Below, piece after piece: positions 52,441 through 61,570 of a stretch of 64,000 nucleotides of DNA. Source of the stretch: a virus. Its lineage: Duplodnaviria > Caudoviricetes. The position numbers were made by a program, and so were the translations under genes. The stretch's first letter is position 1. Each line of letters opens with the position of its first letter. The notes beneath the pieces were generated by a model. The model was not told the origin of the DNA and made no database searches. It worked only from the letters and a program-made list of their open reading frames with translations. The stretch lies in the IMG/VR virus record IMGVR_UViG_3300021959_007005, one strand, 5' to 3'.

Positions 52441-52764
52441 GTGGTGAATAATGTAGGTACAGATATTCGAGACCTTCGTCAAGGTCGTGTGAGTATTAAT
52501 GATATCAAGTTTGACTTGATTAAGATTATCGAACCACATGATGGGTGGTTAGCAACAAATGAAGGAAGTGATAAACTTGTACGTCATCTTTTTACTCGTT
52601 ATTTGAGTGACTTAAGATACGCTGGTTTAGTAAATGACTTTAATATTAGAAGTGCTATACGTAATAATGCAATTACATATGATGTTTCTGTTAAAATGAG
52701 TCAAGAACGTAGTGATAAGAAACTCAAAATTCATGTGGGTGTATATCAGAAACGAGTAAAGTAA
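52441..52764 (+). CDS. Hypothetical protein, paralogue of 56838-57125
   Basis: Shared SINDIK.DLIKIIEP.DG and AITYDVS.K...KLKIHVG.YQ. Confidence 0.7.
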   Translation: MVNNVGTDIRDLRQGRVSINDIKFDLIKIIEPHDGWLATNEGSDKLVRHLFTRYLSDLRYAGLVNDFNIRSAIRNNAITYDVSVKMSQERSDKKLKIHVGVYQKRVK

Positions 52765-54275
52765 TGACAGCGACCCGTATTAACTTAACAGAACGTAATA
52801 AGGACTATGCAGTATTTTTGCCTAGTATTAGTACATTTTATAATAATTATATTGCTAAACAACGAGTAACCGGTGGACAGCACATTTTGCCAGACCGCAT
52901 GCCAGATGGTTTTGAAACTGGCATGGAAGGCATGAACTTTCTCAATGAGAAGGATGCTTACTATAGTTACAAGTGGGGGTTATACTCCGCAGGACATGCC
53001 CAACTTAATTTAAGCAAAGCTAATGATTCAGATGCAATGGTACAAGGACGTGATCGTGACAAAACGTTTATGCTCTGTGACAGTGGCGGGTTTCAGATTA
53101 TTAAAGGTGTTATCCAGTGTGATTGGGATAACTTTAAAACTGATGACAGTTTACGTCAGAAGATCTTAAACTGGTTGGAACACACAGGTGACTATAGTAT
53201 GATCCTGGATATTCCAACACTGGCGGCGGATCCTACATTTAGTGGACGTACTGGTATTACTAGTTTTAATCAGTGTTTGGAGTTTACAGACTTTAATGTA
53301 AACTGGTTTAAGAAACACCGCAAGTATCAAACAAAGTATCTTAATGTTATGCAAGGCCGTAATTGGGCTGAAGCAGAACATTGGTATGAAACTATGAAGC
53401 ATCATGATTTGGAAGGCTTTGCGTTTGGTGGTAGTGCTAAGAACGATATTAATATTGTACTACGAACACTTATTAAGATGCGTGATGATCAGCAACTTGA
53501 ACGTGGCAAACGTGATGTACTACACTACTTGGGCATTGGTAGACTGGAATGGGCAACAGCCTATACAGCAATCCAACGTGCATTGCGTGAGCATGTAAAC
53601 GAAGATGTTCAAGTAATGTTTGACTGTGCATCGCCTTTCTTAGCAACAGCAAATGGTACAATGTATACCCAACATGTACATAAAAATGACCGCTTTGGTT
53701 ATGTTATGGATAAAGCAATGGACAATAAAGCACTAAGCGGTAGTAAGTTGGCATTTCCCTTTGGTAGTCCAATTGGCGAAAGACTTAACTTAGGTGACAT
53801 TTGTCATTATGCACCTGGCATGCTGAATAAAATTGGCAAAGAAGGGAAAACTAGTTGGGATAGTTTTACATACATGCTGTTAATGTCACATAATGTATAC
53901 AGTCATATTGAAAGTGTACAACGTGCAAACGCACTTACTGATATGGTAAACACAACAGTAAGTACAGACTACAGACAGTGGCGTAAGCTAAAAGCGACCA
54001 GTAAAGATGAAGTGTTTAGTCCGTATGTACCACGTAATATTGTTTATATGACGCAATTTATTGATCAACTGTTCCGTAGTGAAACGCCAATGCAAATGTT
54101 AGACGAAGCGGAGTCTATGCTTGCTAACTTTAGTGGACAGAAACTACAAACATCAAGTGCTGGAAGTTTTAGTAACTTGTTTGAAGTTAACGATGTGGTT
54201 TCAGAAGAATCAAATGAAATGACAGCTGAACAAGAAGCTGAGGCTGAAAACTTCTTAGAAACATTGGAGGTATAA
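52764..54275 (+). CDS. dpdA: TGT-fold transglycosylase, DpdA-like (7-deazaguanine DNA insertion)
   Basis: CDSGGFQ, MILDIP, VMQG, FAFGG, LHYLG, FDCASP and a C-terminal HN follow the TGT catalytic order; lacks the CxCxxC of tRNA-TGT; clustered with folE and the queD-like gene. Confidence 0.7.
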   Translation: MTATRINLTERNKDYAVFLPSISTFYNNYIAKQRVTGGQHILPDRMPDGFETGMEGMNFLNEKDAYYSYKWGLYSAGHAQLNLSKANDSDAMVQGRDRDKTFMLCDSGGFQIIKGVIQCDWDNFKTDDSLRQKILNWLEHTGDYSMILDIPTLAADPTFSGRTGITSFNQCLEFTDFNVNWFKKHRKYQTKYLNVMQGRNWAEAEHWYETMKHHDLEGFAFGGSAKNDINIVLRTLIKMRDDQQLERGKRDVLHYLGIGRLEWATAYTAIQRALREHVNEDVQVMFDCASPFLATANGTMYTQHVHKNDRFGYVMDKAMDNKALSGSKLAFPFGSPIGERLNLGDICHYAPGMLNKIGKEGKTSWDSFTYMLLMSHNVYSHIESVQRANALTDMVNTTVSTDYRQWRKLKATSKDEVFSPYVPRNIVYMTQFIDQLFRSETPMQMLDEAESMLANFSGQKLQTSSAGSFSNLFEVNDVVSEESNEMTAEQEAEAENFLETLEV

Positions 54276-54276
54276 A

Positions 54277-55044
54277 ATGCGTGATATTGTTTTAGTAACT
54301 GGTGGATTTGATCCGTTACACTCAGGACATATTGCTTATTTTAAAGCAGCTCGGGAACTAGGTGATATCTTAGTTGTCGGGCTGAATAGCGACAGTTGGC
54401 TTACCCGTAAAAAAGGTAGACCATTTATGTCTTGGAATGAACGTAGTAGTATTATTGGCGAACTTGAGTGTGTTGATGAGGTTATTGGATTTAACGATGA
54501 TGATGGCACCGCTGTTGATGCAATTTCAGAAATGATTTCAGAATATCCGAATGATAATATTATATTTGCCAATGGCGGAGACCGTAAAAAAGGCACAACA
54601 CCAGAACTAGAATTTGCTAAACAATTCGATAACGTTACATTTGAGTTTGGTGTTGGTGGTGAAGATAAAAAGAACTCTAGTAGTTGGATACTAAAAGACT
54701 GGAGCCAACCTACTACAAAAAGAGCATGGGGTACTTATACAGTACTTCACAATGGCCCAGGCTGGGCAGTAAAAGAACTAGCATTTGGTACTGAAACTCC
54801 ACTAAGTGATCAACGACATTTTATTCGTAGTGAACATTGGCATGTAGTTGAAGGCACTATACAAATGGATTTAGAGTTTGACAATGGCGAAAAATCTAGT
54901 ACAATATATACATCAGGCGAAAGTATTGACATTCCTGTTTTAACTTGGCACAAAGCGACTAACATTGGTAGCACAACAGCAAAAGTTATTGAAGTTTGGA
55001 TGGGCGATGAATTAACAGAAGATGATATTGAAAGAAGAGATTAA
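54277..55044 (+). CDS. Bifunctional nucleotidyltransferase (RfaE/HldE-type) plus cupin (mannose-6-P isomerase-like)
   Basis: TGGFDPLHSGH, VVGLNSD, FANGGDR, SSSWIL; cupin R.WG.Y...QRH..RSEHWHVVEG. Confidence 0.85.
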   Translation: MRDIVLVTGGFDPLHSGHIAYFKAARELGDILVVGLNSDSWLTRKKGRPFMSWNERSSIIGELECVDEVIGFNDDDGTAVDAISEMISEYPNDNIIFANGGDRKKGTTPELEFAKQFDNVTFEFGVGGEDKKNSSSWILKDWSQPTTKRAWGTYTVLHNGPGWAVKELAFGTETPLSDQRHFIRSEHWHVVEGTIQMDLEFDNGEKSSTIYTSGESIDIPVLTWHKATNIGSTTAKVIEVWMGDELTEDDIERRD

Positions 55045-56105
55045 TGAACACAATTTGGATTATACCAATTGAGCCTATTGACCAGCGTTATACTAAACAG
55101 TGGTACGATAATATTCCACTTACATTAAAAGCAAAAATTGCAGAACGTGAACTTAATTATTTTGTACAAACTATTGATGGTGAAGATTTTAAACCTGATG
55201 TGAGAACTGAAGGTGCCTTTCTTGACTTTGGTGCAACTAATGTATACAAAGCAACACAAGCGGCAGAAGTAAGTCGTATGTTTAGCAATGGCAAAGTTAA
55301 AGCAGGTGACAAATTTCTGATAACTGATGCTTGGAACTTTATCATCACTCCAATCAAATACATGAGTGACTTATTAGATATTCCAGTAGAGATACATAGT
55401 ATTTGGCATGCTGGTGCATATGATCCTACAGACATACTTGGCTATAAAATGAGTAAGCCTTGGCCTTCACATGTTGAAAAAAGTTGGTATTATAGTAGTG
55501 ATTATAATTACTTTGCAACAAATTTCCACAAAAATATGTTTTTACGCAACTTGGATATTCCAGTAGAAGATCATGGAAGAGCAATACGTAGTGGGCAACC
55601 GCACGAGCTTATTGTTGATAGTTTAGTAAAGCATCAAAATACACCAAAGAGTGATAAAATTATGTGGCCACATAGGTGGAATGATGATAAGCAACCGGAT
55701 ATTGCATTGGCATTAGCACAAGATTTTGATATGGTTATTACACAAAAAATGAACCTTGACAAATCACAGTACTATGCTAAAATGGGAGAAAGTAAATTAA
55801 TTTTTAGTTGTGCATTACATGAAAACTTAGGTATCAGTGTTATGGAAGCAGTACTAACTGGTGCTATTCCTATTGTACCAGATCGTGCAAGCTATAGTGA
55901 GATGTATTTGCCAGAATTTAAGTACCCATCTGAATGGACTGCAAGTTTTGAATCATACAAACAACATAGGGATTCACTAGTAGGATTTATAAAAGAAAAA
56001 CTAATCATGTTTGACAAATACCAAGACGTATTGGTTAAGCAACGTAACATTCTTATTGAAAATTATCTAAATAGCAGTGTTATGATAAACAACATACTAC
56101 AATAA
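55044..56105 (+). CDS. GT-B fold glycosyltransferase (GT4-like)
   Basis: C-terminal HENLGISVMEAVLTGAIPIVPDRASYSEM (E-x7-E motif); WPHRWNDDKQP. Confidence 0.75.
   Translation: MNTIWIIPIEPIDQRYTKQWYDNIPLTLKAKIAERELNYFVQTIDGEDFKPDVRTEGAFLDFGATNVYKATQAAEVSRMFSNGKVKAGDKFLITDAWNFIITPIKYMSDLLDIPVEIHSIWHAGAYDPTDILGYKMSKPWPSHVEKSWYYSSDYNYFATNFHKNMFLRNLDIPVEDHGRAIRSGQPHELIVDSLVKHQNTPKSDKIMWPHRWNDDKQPDIALALAQDFDMVITQKMNLDKSQYYAKMGESKLIFSCALHENLGISVMEAVLTGAIPIVPDRASYSEMYLPEFKYPSEWTASFESYKQHRDSLVGFIKEKLIMFDKYQDVLVKQRNILIENYLNSSVMINNILQ
56020..56035. promoter_or_regulatory. Orphan copy of the early-promoter dyad core inside the GT gene, upstream of folE
   Basis: ACCAAGACGTATTGGT is identical to the cores at 11678 and 27699; TTGACA at 56011. 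Confidence 0.45.
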
Positions 56106-56121
56106 AAAGGAACATAGTATA

Positions 56122-56811
56122 ATGACAAAGACTTCCGATTTGATTAAGCAACGACTTAAAGATCAAAATATTAGACATTGGGCTGGTGACAACATTAGCT
56201 CAGTATTAGAAGATGGTGATAAACAAAAACTTATTGATGAAGCGACAACTAGTTTTGAAGATGTATTAGACTCATTAATTATTGACAGGGATAATGACCC
56301 AAATAGTCATGGAACTGCCAAGCGTCTTGCTAAGATGTATTTTAATGAATTAATGAGTGGACGGTATGAGCCAGCACCTAGTGCAACAGCATTTCCAAAT
56401 GATAGTGCTGAACGTTATGAAGGTATGCTAGTTGTACGTAGTGAATTAAGAAGCATGTGTTCACATCATCATCAGCCAGTAGCAGGAGTTGCATATATTG
56501 GCATTATCGCCTCTAATAAATTAATTGGACTAAGTAAGTATACAAGAATTGCACAGTGGTGTGCAAGACGTGGAACTTTACAAGAAGAGTTGGCAACCGA
56601 CATTGCTCGAGAAATTATGAAAGCAACAGAAAGTGAAAATGTAGGGGTCTACATTCAGGCTACCCATGGCTGTTGTGAAAATCGAGGTATTATGGCACAT
56701 AGTAGTTTAACACAAACTACAGTACTTAAAGGTAGCTTCCATAATGATCCTGGATGCAAAAAAGAATTCATGGATAATATTAAACTACAACAAGAATATG
56801 CTCCAAGATAA
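56122..56811 (+). CDS. folE: GTP cyclohydrolase I
   Basis: RSMCSHHHQP, GLSKYTRI, QEEL, ATHGCCENRG. Confidence 0.95.
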   Translation: MTKTSDLIKQRLKDQNIRHWAGDNISSVLEDGDKQKLIDEATTSFEDVLDSLIIDRDNDPNSHGTAKRLAKMYFNELMSGRYEPAPSATAFPNDSAERYEGMLVVRSELRSMCSHHHQPVAGVAYIGIIASNKLIGLSKYTRIAQWCARRGTLQEELATDIAREIMKATESENVGVYIQATHGCCENRGIMAHSSLTQTTVLKGSFHNDPGCKKEFMDNIKLQQEYAPR

Positions 56812-56837
56812 ATGTAAACAATTAATAAGGAATAAAG

Positions 56838-57125
56838 ATGTATACCCGTTTAAGCATTAACGATATCAAATGGGATCTAATAAAGATCATTGAACCATTT
56901 GATGGTATCCTCGAAAATAAGCCACGTGGAGAAAAGTCGATCCGTCGACTTTTTGAAGCGTATCTTAAAGACTTACGTTCAGATCAACAAATATCAGATT
57001 TTAACGTATATAGTAACATTCGTGACACAGCGATTACTTACGATGTTTCTATAAAAGTGGCATCAGATAGATCGCCACGAAAACTAAAAATCCATGTTGG
57101 CACATATCAACACCCATGGATATAA
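56838..57125 (+). CDS. Hypothetical protein, paralogue of 52441-52764
   Basis: Shares the motifs listed for 52441-52764; AAGGA SD. Confidence 0.7.
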   Translation: MYTRLSINDIKWDLIKIIEPFDGILENKPRGEKSIRRLFEAYLKDLRSDQQISDFNVYSNIRDTAITYDVSIKVASDRSPRKLKIHVGTYQHPWI

Positions 57126-57197
57126 TTTTTAAATTGCATTAGTAATTTATATAAGGGTGAGGCATTAGTTAAAGAATACCCTTCAGAAAGGAAAAAA

Positions 57198-58274
57198 ATG
57201 AAACTATTAAAACTATTGGCTGCTACACTAGTAGTGGCAGCTGTAGGCGTTTCTGCAAGTGCAGATGCTCCTAAGGATAAAGCAAAAGTCGCATTTATTT
57301 ACGTTGGCCCAACAGGTGATCACGGTTGGACATATCGTCACGATATTGGTCGTCAGCAAGTAGAAGAAGCATACGGAGATCGTGTCGAAACTACGTTTGT
57401 TGAAAGTGTAGCAGAAGGTGCTGACGCTGAACGTGTAATGACACAAATGGCACTACAGGGCGCAGACATTATTTTTGCGACATCATTTGGATATATGGAT
57501 CCAATAATGAACGTAGCAAAGAAGTTTCCAAACGTAAAGTTTGAACATGCTACAGGTTATAAATCATCTGACAACGTTGCTAACTATGGTTTGAAACTAT
57601 ACCAAGCAAGACACGTACAAGGTGTTGTAGCAGGTATGATGACAAAAACAAACAAAATTTGTTATATTGCTTCATTCCCAATTCCAGAAGTTATGCGTGA
57701 GATTAACACATTCTTCTTGGGCGCACGTAAGTATAATCCAGATGTAGAACTATCAATTGCGTGGGTTTACACATGGTATGATCCAGGCAAAGAAAAAGAT
57801 GCGGCTGTGGCTCTGATCCAACAAGGTTGTGACATTGTAGCACAACACACTGACTCACCTGCTCCGCTACAAGCGGCAGAACAAGCAGGTGTACTTGGTT
57901 TTGGACAAGCAAGTGATCAAATGAAGTTTGCTCCTAACGCACAATTGACAGCAACTATTGACAATTGGGGTCCTTACTACATCGACAAAGTAGGACAAGT
58001 ACTAGATGGTACATGGGAAACAGGCGATTACTTTGGACATATGAACGAAGGTGCTGTACAAATGGCACCATTTGCTAATATGCCAGCTGATGTACAAGCA
58101 GAAGCACAACGTGTAAAAGATGCTATTAGCGCAGGCGAGTTGTTTGGATTTACAGGTCCAATTAACAAGCAAGACGGAACAGTGTTCCTGAAAGAAGGTG
58201 AAGTAGCAACGAGACAGCAACTAGACACTATGATGTTTTATGTCGAAGGCATCACATCACAGGTACCTGGTTAA
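57198..58274 (+). CDS. BMP-family (basic membrane protein/PnrA-like) ABC substrate-binding protein
   Basis: Signal peptide; VAFIYVGPTGDHGWTYRHDIGR, IIFATSFGY, KFEHATGY, SFPIPEV.REIN.F.LG, WYDP.KE. Confidence 0.92.
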   Translation: MKLLKLLAATLVVAAVGVSASADAPKDKAKVAFIYVGPTGDHGWTYRHDIGRQQVEEAYGDRVETTFVESVAEGADAERVMTQMALQGADIIFATSFGYMDPIMNVAKKFPNVKFEHATGYKSSDNVANYGLKLYQARHVQGVVAGMMTKTNKICYIASFPIPEVMREINTFFLGARKYNPDVELSIAWVYTWYDPGKEKDAAVALIQQGCDIVAQHTDSPAPLQAAEQAGVLGFGQASDQMKFAPNAQLTATIDNWGPYYIDKVGQVLDGTWETGDYFGHMNEGAVQMAPFANMPADVQAEAQRVKDAISAGELFGFTGPINKQDGTVFLKEGEVATRQQLDTMMFYVEGITSQVPG

Positions 58275-59137
58275 TGATTCCAGTAATTGATTTACAAGCA
58301 TCAGACGCTTTAGATCGCATTGACGAAGCCTACACAACAGTAGGCTTCGCAGTGTTTACAAATGCGTTAACTGACACACATCAACAAGACATCAAGTCTT
58401 GGCAAGAACAAATGAAAGCATTCTTTGAATTGCCAATGGATACAAAACAAAGCTATCCTTACAACGCAGATACTAACTTAGGTTACAGTATGGTAGGTGA
58501 CGAAAATGTAGACCCTACAGCACCCAAGGATATTAAAGAAAGTTTTAATTATAACAATACACGTATGCCAGATGATCTTTGGCCTACTGAACTAAATGGA
58601 TTTAAATCAACAGCATTACAAAGTATAGATATTGCCGATAAACTTACACTAAAGATATTAGAAAAGTTTGATACTATCCTAGATAGCGGAACTACACTAG
58701 TAGATTCACATTTACAACCTTTTAATACAACAAGGGTCATTCATTATCCAGCATATGATGGACCAGTACAAGATAAACAAATGCGTATAGGAGAACATAG
58801 TGACTACGGTACTATTACTTTACTTTGGCAAATTAACGATGTACCAGGACTCGAAGTTCAAGACCTTGATGGAACATGGCATGCAGTACCATATGAAAAG
58901 GATGCAGTAATTTGTAACATAGGCGACTTGTTACAACGATGGACTAATGACTATTTCAAGTCAACCAAGCACAGAGTTGTAAACAGTCACATACATCAAC
59001 AACGCTATAGTATGCCACACTTTGTAGATCCTACACCGGGTACTATTGTTGATAATCTGCGTTTCCACGAAGCGCCTAAATATCCGCCAATTGAATCAAA
59101 AGAGTATTTGATGTGGCGCCTAGCACAGAGTTATTAA
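58274..59137 (+). CDS. Isopenicillin-N-synthase-like 2OG-Fe(II) oxygenase
   Basis: IPVIDL, GEHSDYGTITLL (HxD), NIGDLLQRWTND.FKST.HRV, RYS. Confidence 0.9.
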   Translation: MIPVIDLQASDALDRIDEAYTTVGFAVFTNALTDTHQQDIKSWQEQMKAFFELPMDTKQSYPYNADTNLGYSMVGDENVDPTAPKDIKESFNYNNTRMPDDLWPTELNGFKSTALQSIDIADKLTLKILEKFDTILDSGTTLVDSHLQPFNTTRVIHYPAYDGPVQDKQMRIGEHSDYGTITLLWQINDVPGLEVQDLDGTWHAVPYEKDAVICNIGDLLQRWTNDYFKSTKHRVVNSHIHQQRYSMPHFVDPTPGTIVDNLRFHEAPKYPPIESKEYLMWRLAQSY

Positions 59138-59138
59138 T

Positions 59139-59654
59139 ATGAAACAATATATAAAAAGTTACATGGACTTTCCTAAAGACGGTATTGATTTTAAATGTAC
59201 CGCAAGTTTATGTGCATCACAGGATGGGTTTGAACTAGCCAACAATTTTATATACAGTAATTTATTGAAGTATTGTCCAGTAGATAAAATTATTGGTATT
59301 GATGCTAGAGGTTTTATCTTTGCAAGTGTGTTTGCACACAGGACTAGAGGACCACTTGTGCTTGCACGTAAACCAGGGAAGTTGCCAGGTAGTACTATTA
59401 GTCGTGAGTATGAACTAGAGTACGGAACCAACGAACTAGTAATGCAACGAGATAGTTTTGATAAGGGCGACACTGTTCTTATTATAGATGACTTAATAGC
59501 AACTGGTGGAACTATGAAAGCAGTTATTGAAATGTGTGATGAAATAGAAGTAACCATAAAAGCAGTTGCATGTATAATGGACTTACCTAAACTTGGCGGA
59601 AGTGATTATGTTAAGAATCGTAACATACCATTTTACGCAGGTGTAAATTATTAA
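59139..59654 (+). CDS. apt: Adenine phosphoribosyltransferase
   Basis: DFPKDGIDF, GIDARGF, RKPGKLPG, YELEYG, IIDDLIATGGT. Confidence 0.92.
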   Translation: MKQYIKSYMDFPKDGIDFKCTASLCASQDGFELANNFIYSNLLKYCPVDKIIGIDARGFIFASVFAHRTRGPLVLARKPGKLPGSTISREYELEYGTNELVMQRDSFDKGDTVLIIDDLIATGGTMKAVIEMCDEIEVTIKAVACIMDLPKLGGSDYVKNRNIPFYAGVNY

Positions 59655-60860
59655 ATGGCAAACTTAGTAGTAATAGGAACCCAATGGGGCGATGAAGGCA
59701 AAGGCAAAGTAGTTGATTTACTAGCAGAACAAGCAGATGTTATAGTACGTTTTCAAGGAGGACATAACGCAGGGCATACACTGGTAATAGGTGACAAAGT
59801 TTTTAAACTTAGCTTACTGCCCAGCGGTATAGTAAGAGAAGATAAAGTTTCGGTTATTGGTAACGGTGTTGTATTGAATCCTTGGAAACTATTAGAAGAG
59901 ATTGAACTAGTACAGTCACAAGGTGTAAACATTGATCCTAGTAGATTGATGATTGCAGAAAACACTCCGCTAATTTTACCCTATCACCAAGCATTAGATC
60001 AGTCAAGAGAAGAAGTAACTGATAAAAAAATCGGTACTACTGGCAGAGGCATTGGTCCTGCATATGAAGATAAAGCAGGAAGACGTGCAATTAAAGTAGG
60101 AGATCTTAGAGATGATGAACTACTCAAACATAGACTAGCAATAGCCGCAGAGTATCACGACTTTGACCAACAACAGTTGTTTAATCAGCTAGCACATATC
60201 AAAAAACATGTATTACAATATGTAAATGATGTACCACTTTATCTAAATCAAAAGACTGACTTAGGATTTAATATATTATTCGAAGGCGCACAAGGAAGCA
60301 TGCTAGATGTAGACTTTGGCACTTATCCTTATGTAACAAGCTCAAACACACTAGCAGGTATGGCTAGTATAGGCTCAGGGGTACCGCATAATAAGATACC
60401 AAATGTAATTGGTATAACAAAAGCATACACAACTCGAGTTGGCGAAGGGCCAATGACGACTGAATTATTTGATGATGTTGGAGAGCATCTAGCAAGTGTA
60501 GGTAAAGAAAAAGGTACAGTAACTGGTAGAAGCAGACGCTGTGGATGGTTTGATGTATCACAAGTAAAACGAACATGTATGTTAAATGGTGTTACTGGCA
60601 TAGCATTAATGAAAATAGACGTACTCGATAAACTCGAGACTATTAAGATTTGTACTGACGTACACAACGGAATACCAGTGTATGAAGAGCTACCTGGTTG
60701 GTGTACTAGTACAATAGGTATAACTGATTATTCAGATTTACCAAGACTTGCTCAAGAGTATATTAACCGTATTGAGCAATTAACACAAACCGAAGTAGTT
60801 TTGATATCAACTGGACCAGAAAGAGATCAAACTATTTTATTACAAGATTCTTTCTTTTAG
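59655..60860 (+). CDS. purA: Adenylosuccinate synthetase
   Basis: QWGDEGKGK, RFQGGHNAGHT, IGTTGRGIGPAY.DK, FEGAQG..LD.DFGTYPYVTSS, GTVTGRSRRCGWFD. Confidence 0.95.
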   Translation: MANLVVIGTQWGDEGKGKVVDLLAEQADVIVRFQGGHNAGHTLVIGDKVFKLSLLPSGIVREDKVSVIGNGVVLNPWKLLEEIELVQSQGVNIDPSRLMIAENTPLILPYHQALDQSREEVTDKKIGTTGRGIGPAYEDKAGRRAIKVGDLRDDELLKHRLAIAAEYHDFDQQQLFNQLAHIKKHVLQYVNDVPLYLNQKTDLGFNILFEGAQGSMLDVDFGTYPYVTSSNTLAGMASIGSGVPHNKIPNVIGITKAYTTRVGEGPMTTELFDDVGEHLASVGKEKGTVTGRSRRCGWFDVSQVKRTCMLNGVTGIALMKIDVLDKLETIKICTDVHNGIPVYEELPGWCTSTIGITDYSDLPRLAQEYINRIEQLTQTEVVLISTGPERDQTILLQDSFF

Positions 60861-60894
60861 AGAAAGAAATAACACTAACAGGGAGAAATATATT

Positions 60895-61515
60895 ATGTTA
60901 GGATTTTTTAAAGATATTGACAGAAGCATGTTGCTGAAACTAGTAGCACTACATGTAATTGTTATCGTAGTAAGTAACGCACTAGTAAGTATTCCAGTAG
61001 AAATTTTTGGAATTAAACTTACCTGGGCTGCATTTACATTTCCGTTAGTTGTACTAGCAACTGACTTAACAGTACGAATGTTAGGTAAAAACATTGCACG
61101 TTCAACAATTGCGGCAGCTTATCCGTTGGCAATTATTGGCTCAATTTTAGTTGTAATGGCGGAGGGTGCACCAAGTAGTGTAGCAATGCGTATTGGTTTA
61201 GCTAGTGCAACAGCATATGCAGTTGGCACAATGTTGGATGTATATGTATTTCAATACCTACGTGAAAACTTTATGAAGCATTGGTGGATTGCGCCAGCAG
61301 TATCAACTGTAGCGGCAAACGTCATTGACACATACACATTCTTTTGGGTTGCGTTCAACAACAGTGCAGACGAATATATGGCTGCAAACTGGGTAGAGAT
61401 CGCAGGATCACAAGTTGTGATTAAGATTGCAGTAGGACTTATTATCTTCCTACCAGCATACGGTGTGCTATTACGTTACTTAAATGGTAAACTTTCAGAA
61501 GAAGACGCCGAATAA
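60895..61515 (+). CDS. yhhQ: Queuosine-precursor (preQ0/preQ1) transporter, YhhQ/VUT family
   Basis: SN.LV..P...G..LTW.AF.FP...LATDLTVR..G...AR; AS..AY..G..LDV.VF..LR...WW.AP..ST...N..DT..FF..AF, matching the YhhQ pattern as I recall it. Confidence 0.88.
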   Translation: MLGFFKDIDRSMLLKLVALHVIVIVVSNALVSIPVEIFGIKLTWAAFTFPLVVLATDLTVRMLGKNIARSTIAAAYPLAIIGSILVVMAEGAPSSVAMRIGLASATAYAVGTMLDVYVFQYLRENFMKHWWIAPAVSTVAANVIDTYTFFWVAFNNSADEYMAANWVEIAGSQVVIKIAVGLIIFLPAYGVLLRYLNGKLSEEDAE

Positions 61516-61526
61516 TACAAAATTAA

Positions 61527-61553
61527 AAACGGTGGGGGAGATCCCCGCCGTTT
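61527..61553 (+). terminator. GC-rich hairpin, probable terminator
   Basis: AAACGGTGGGG-gagat-CCCCGCCGTTT. Confidence 0.65.
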
Positions 61554-61570
61554 AATATAAGGATAATATA

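Noticed and set aside
59655-60860. PurZ (2-aminoadenine, Z-genome) instead of PurA
   Set aside because: The N-terminal motif is QWGDEGKGK with the catalytic Asp of canonical PurA; PurZ enzymes replace this Asp (GSTGKG-type).
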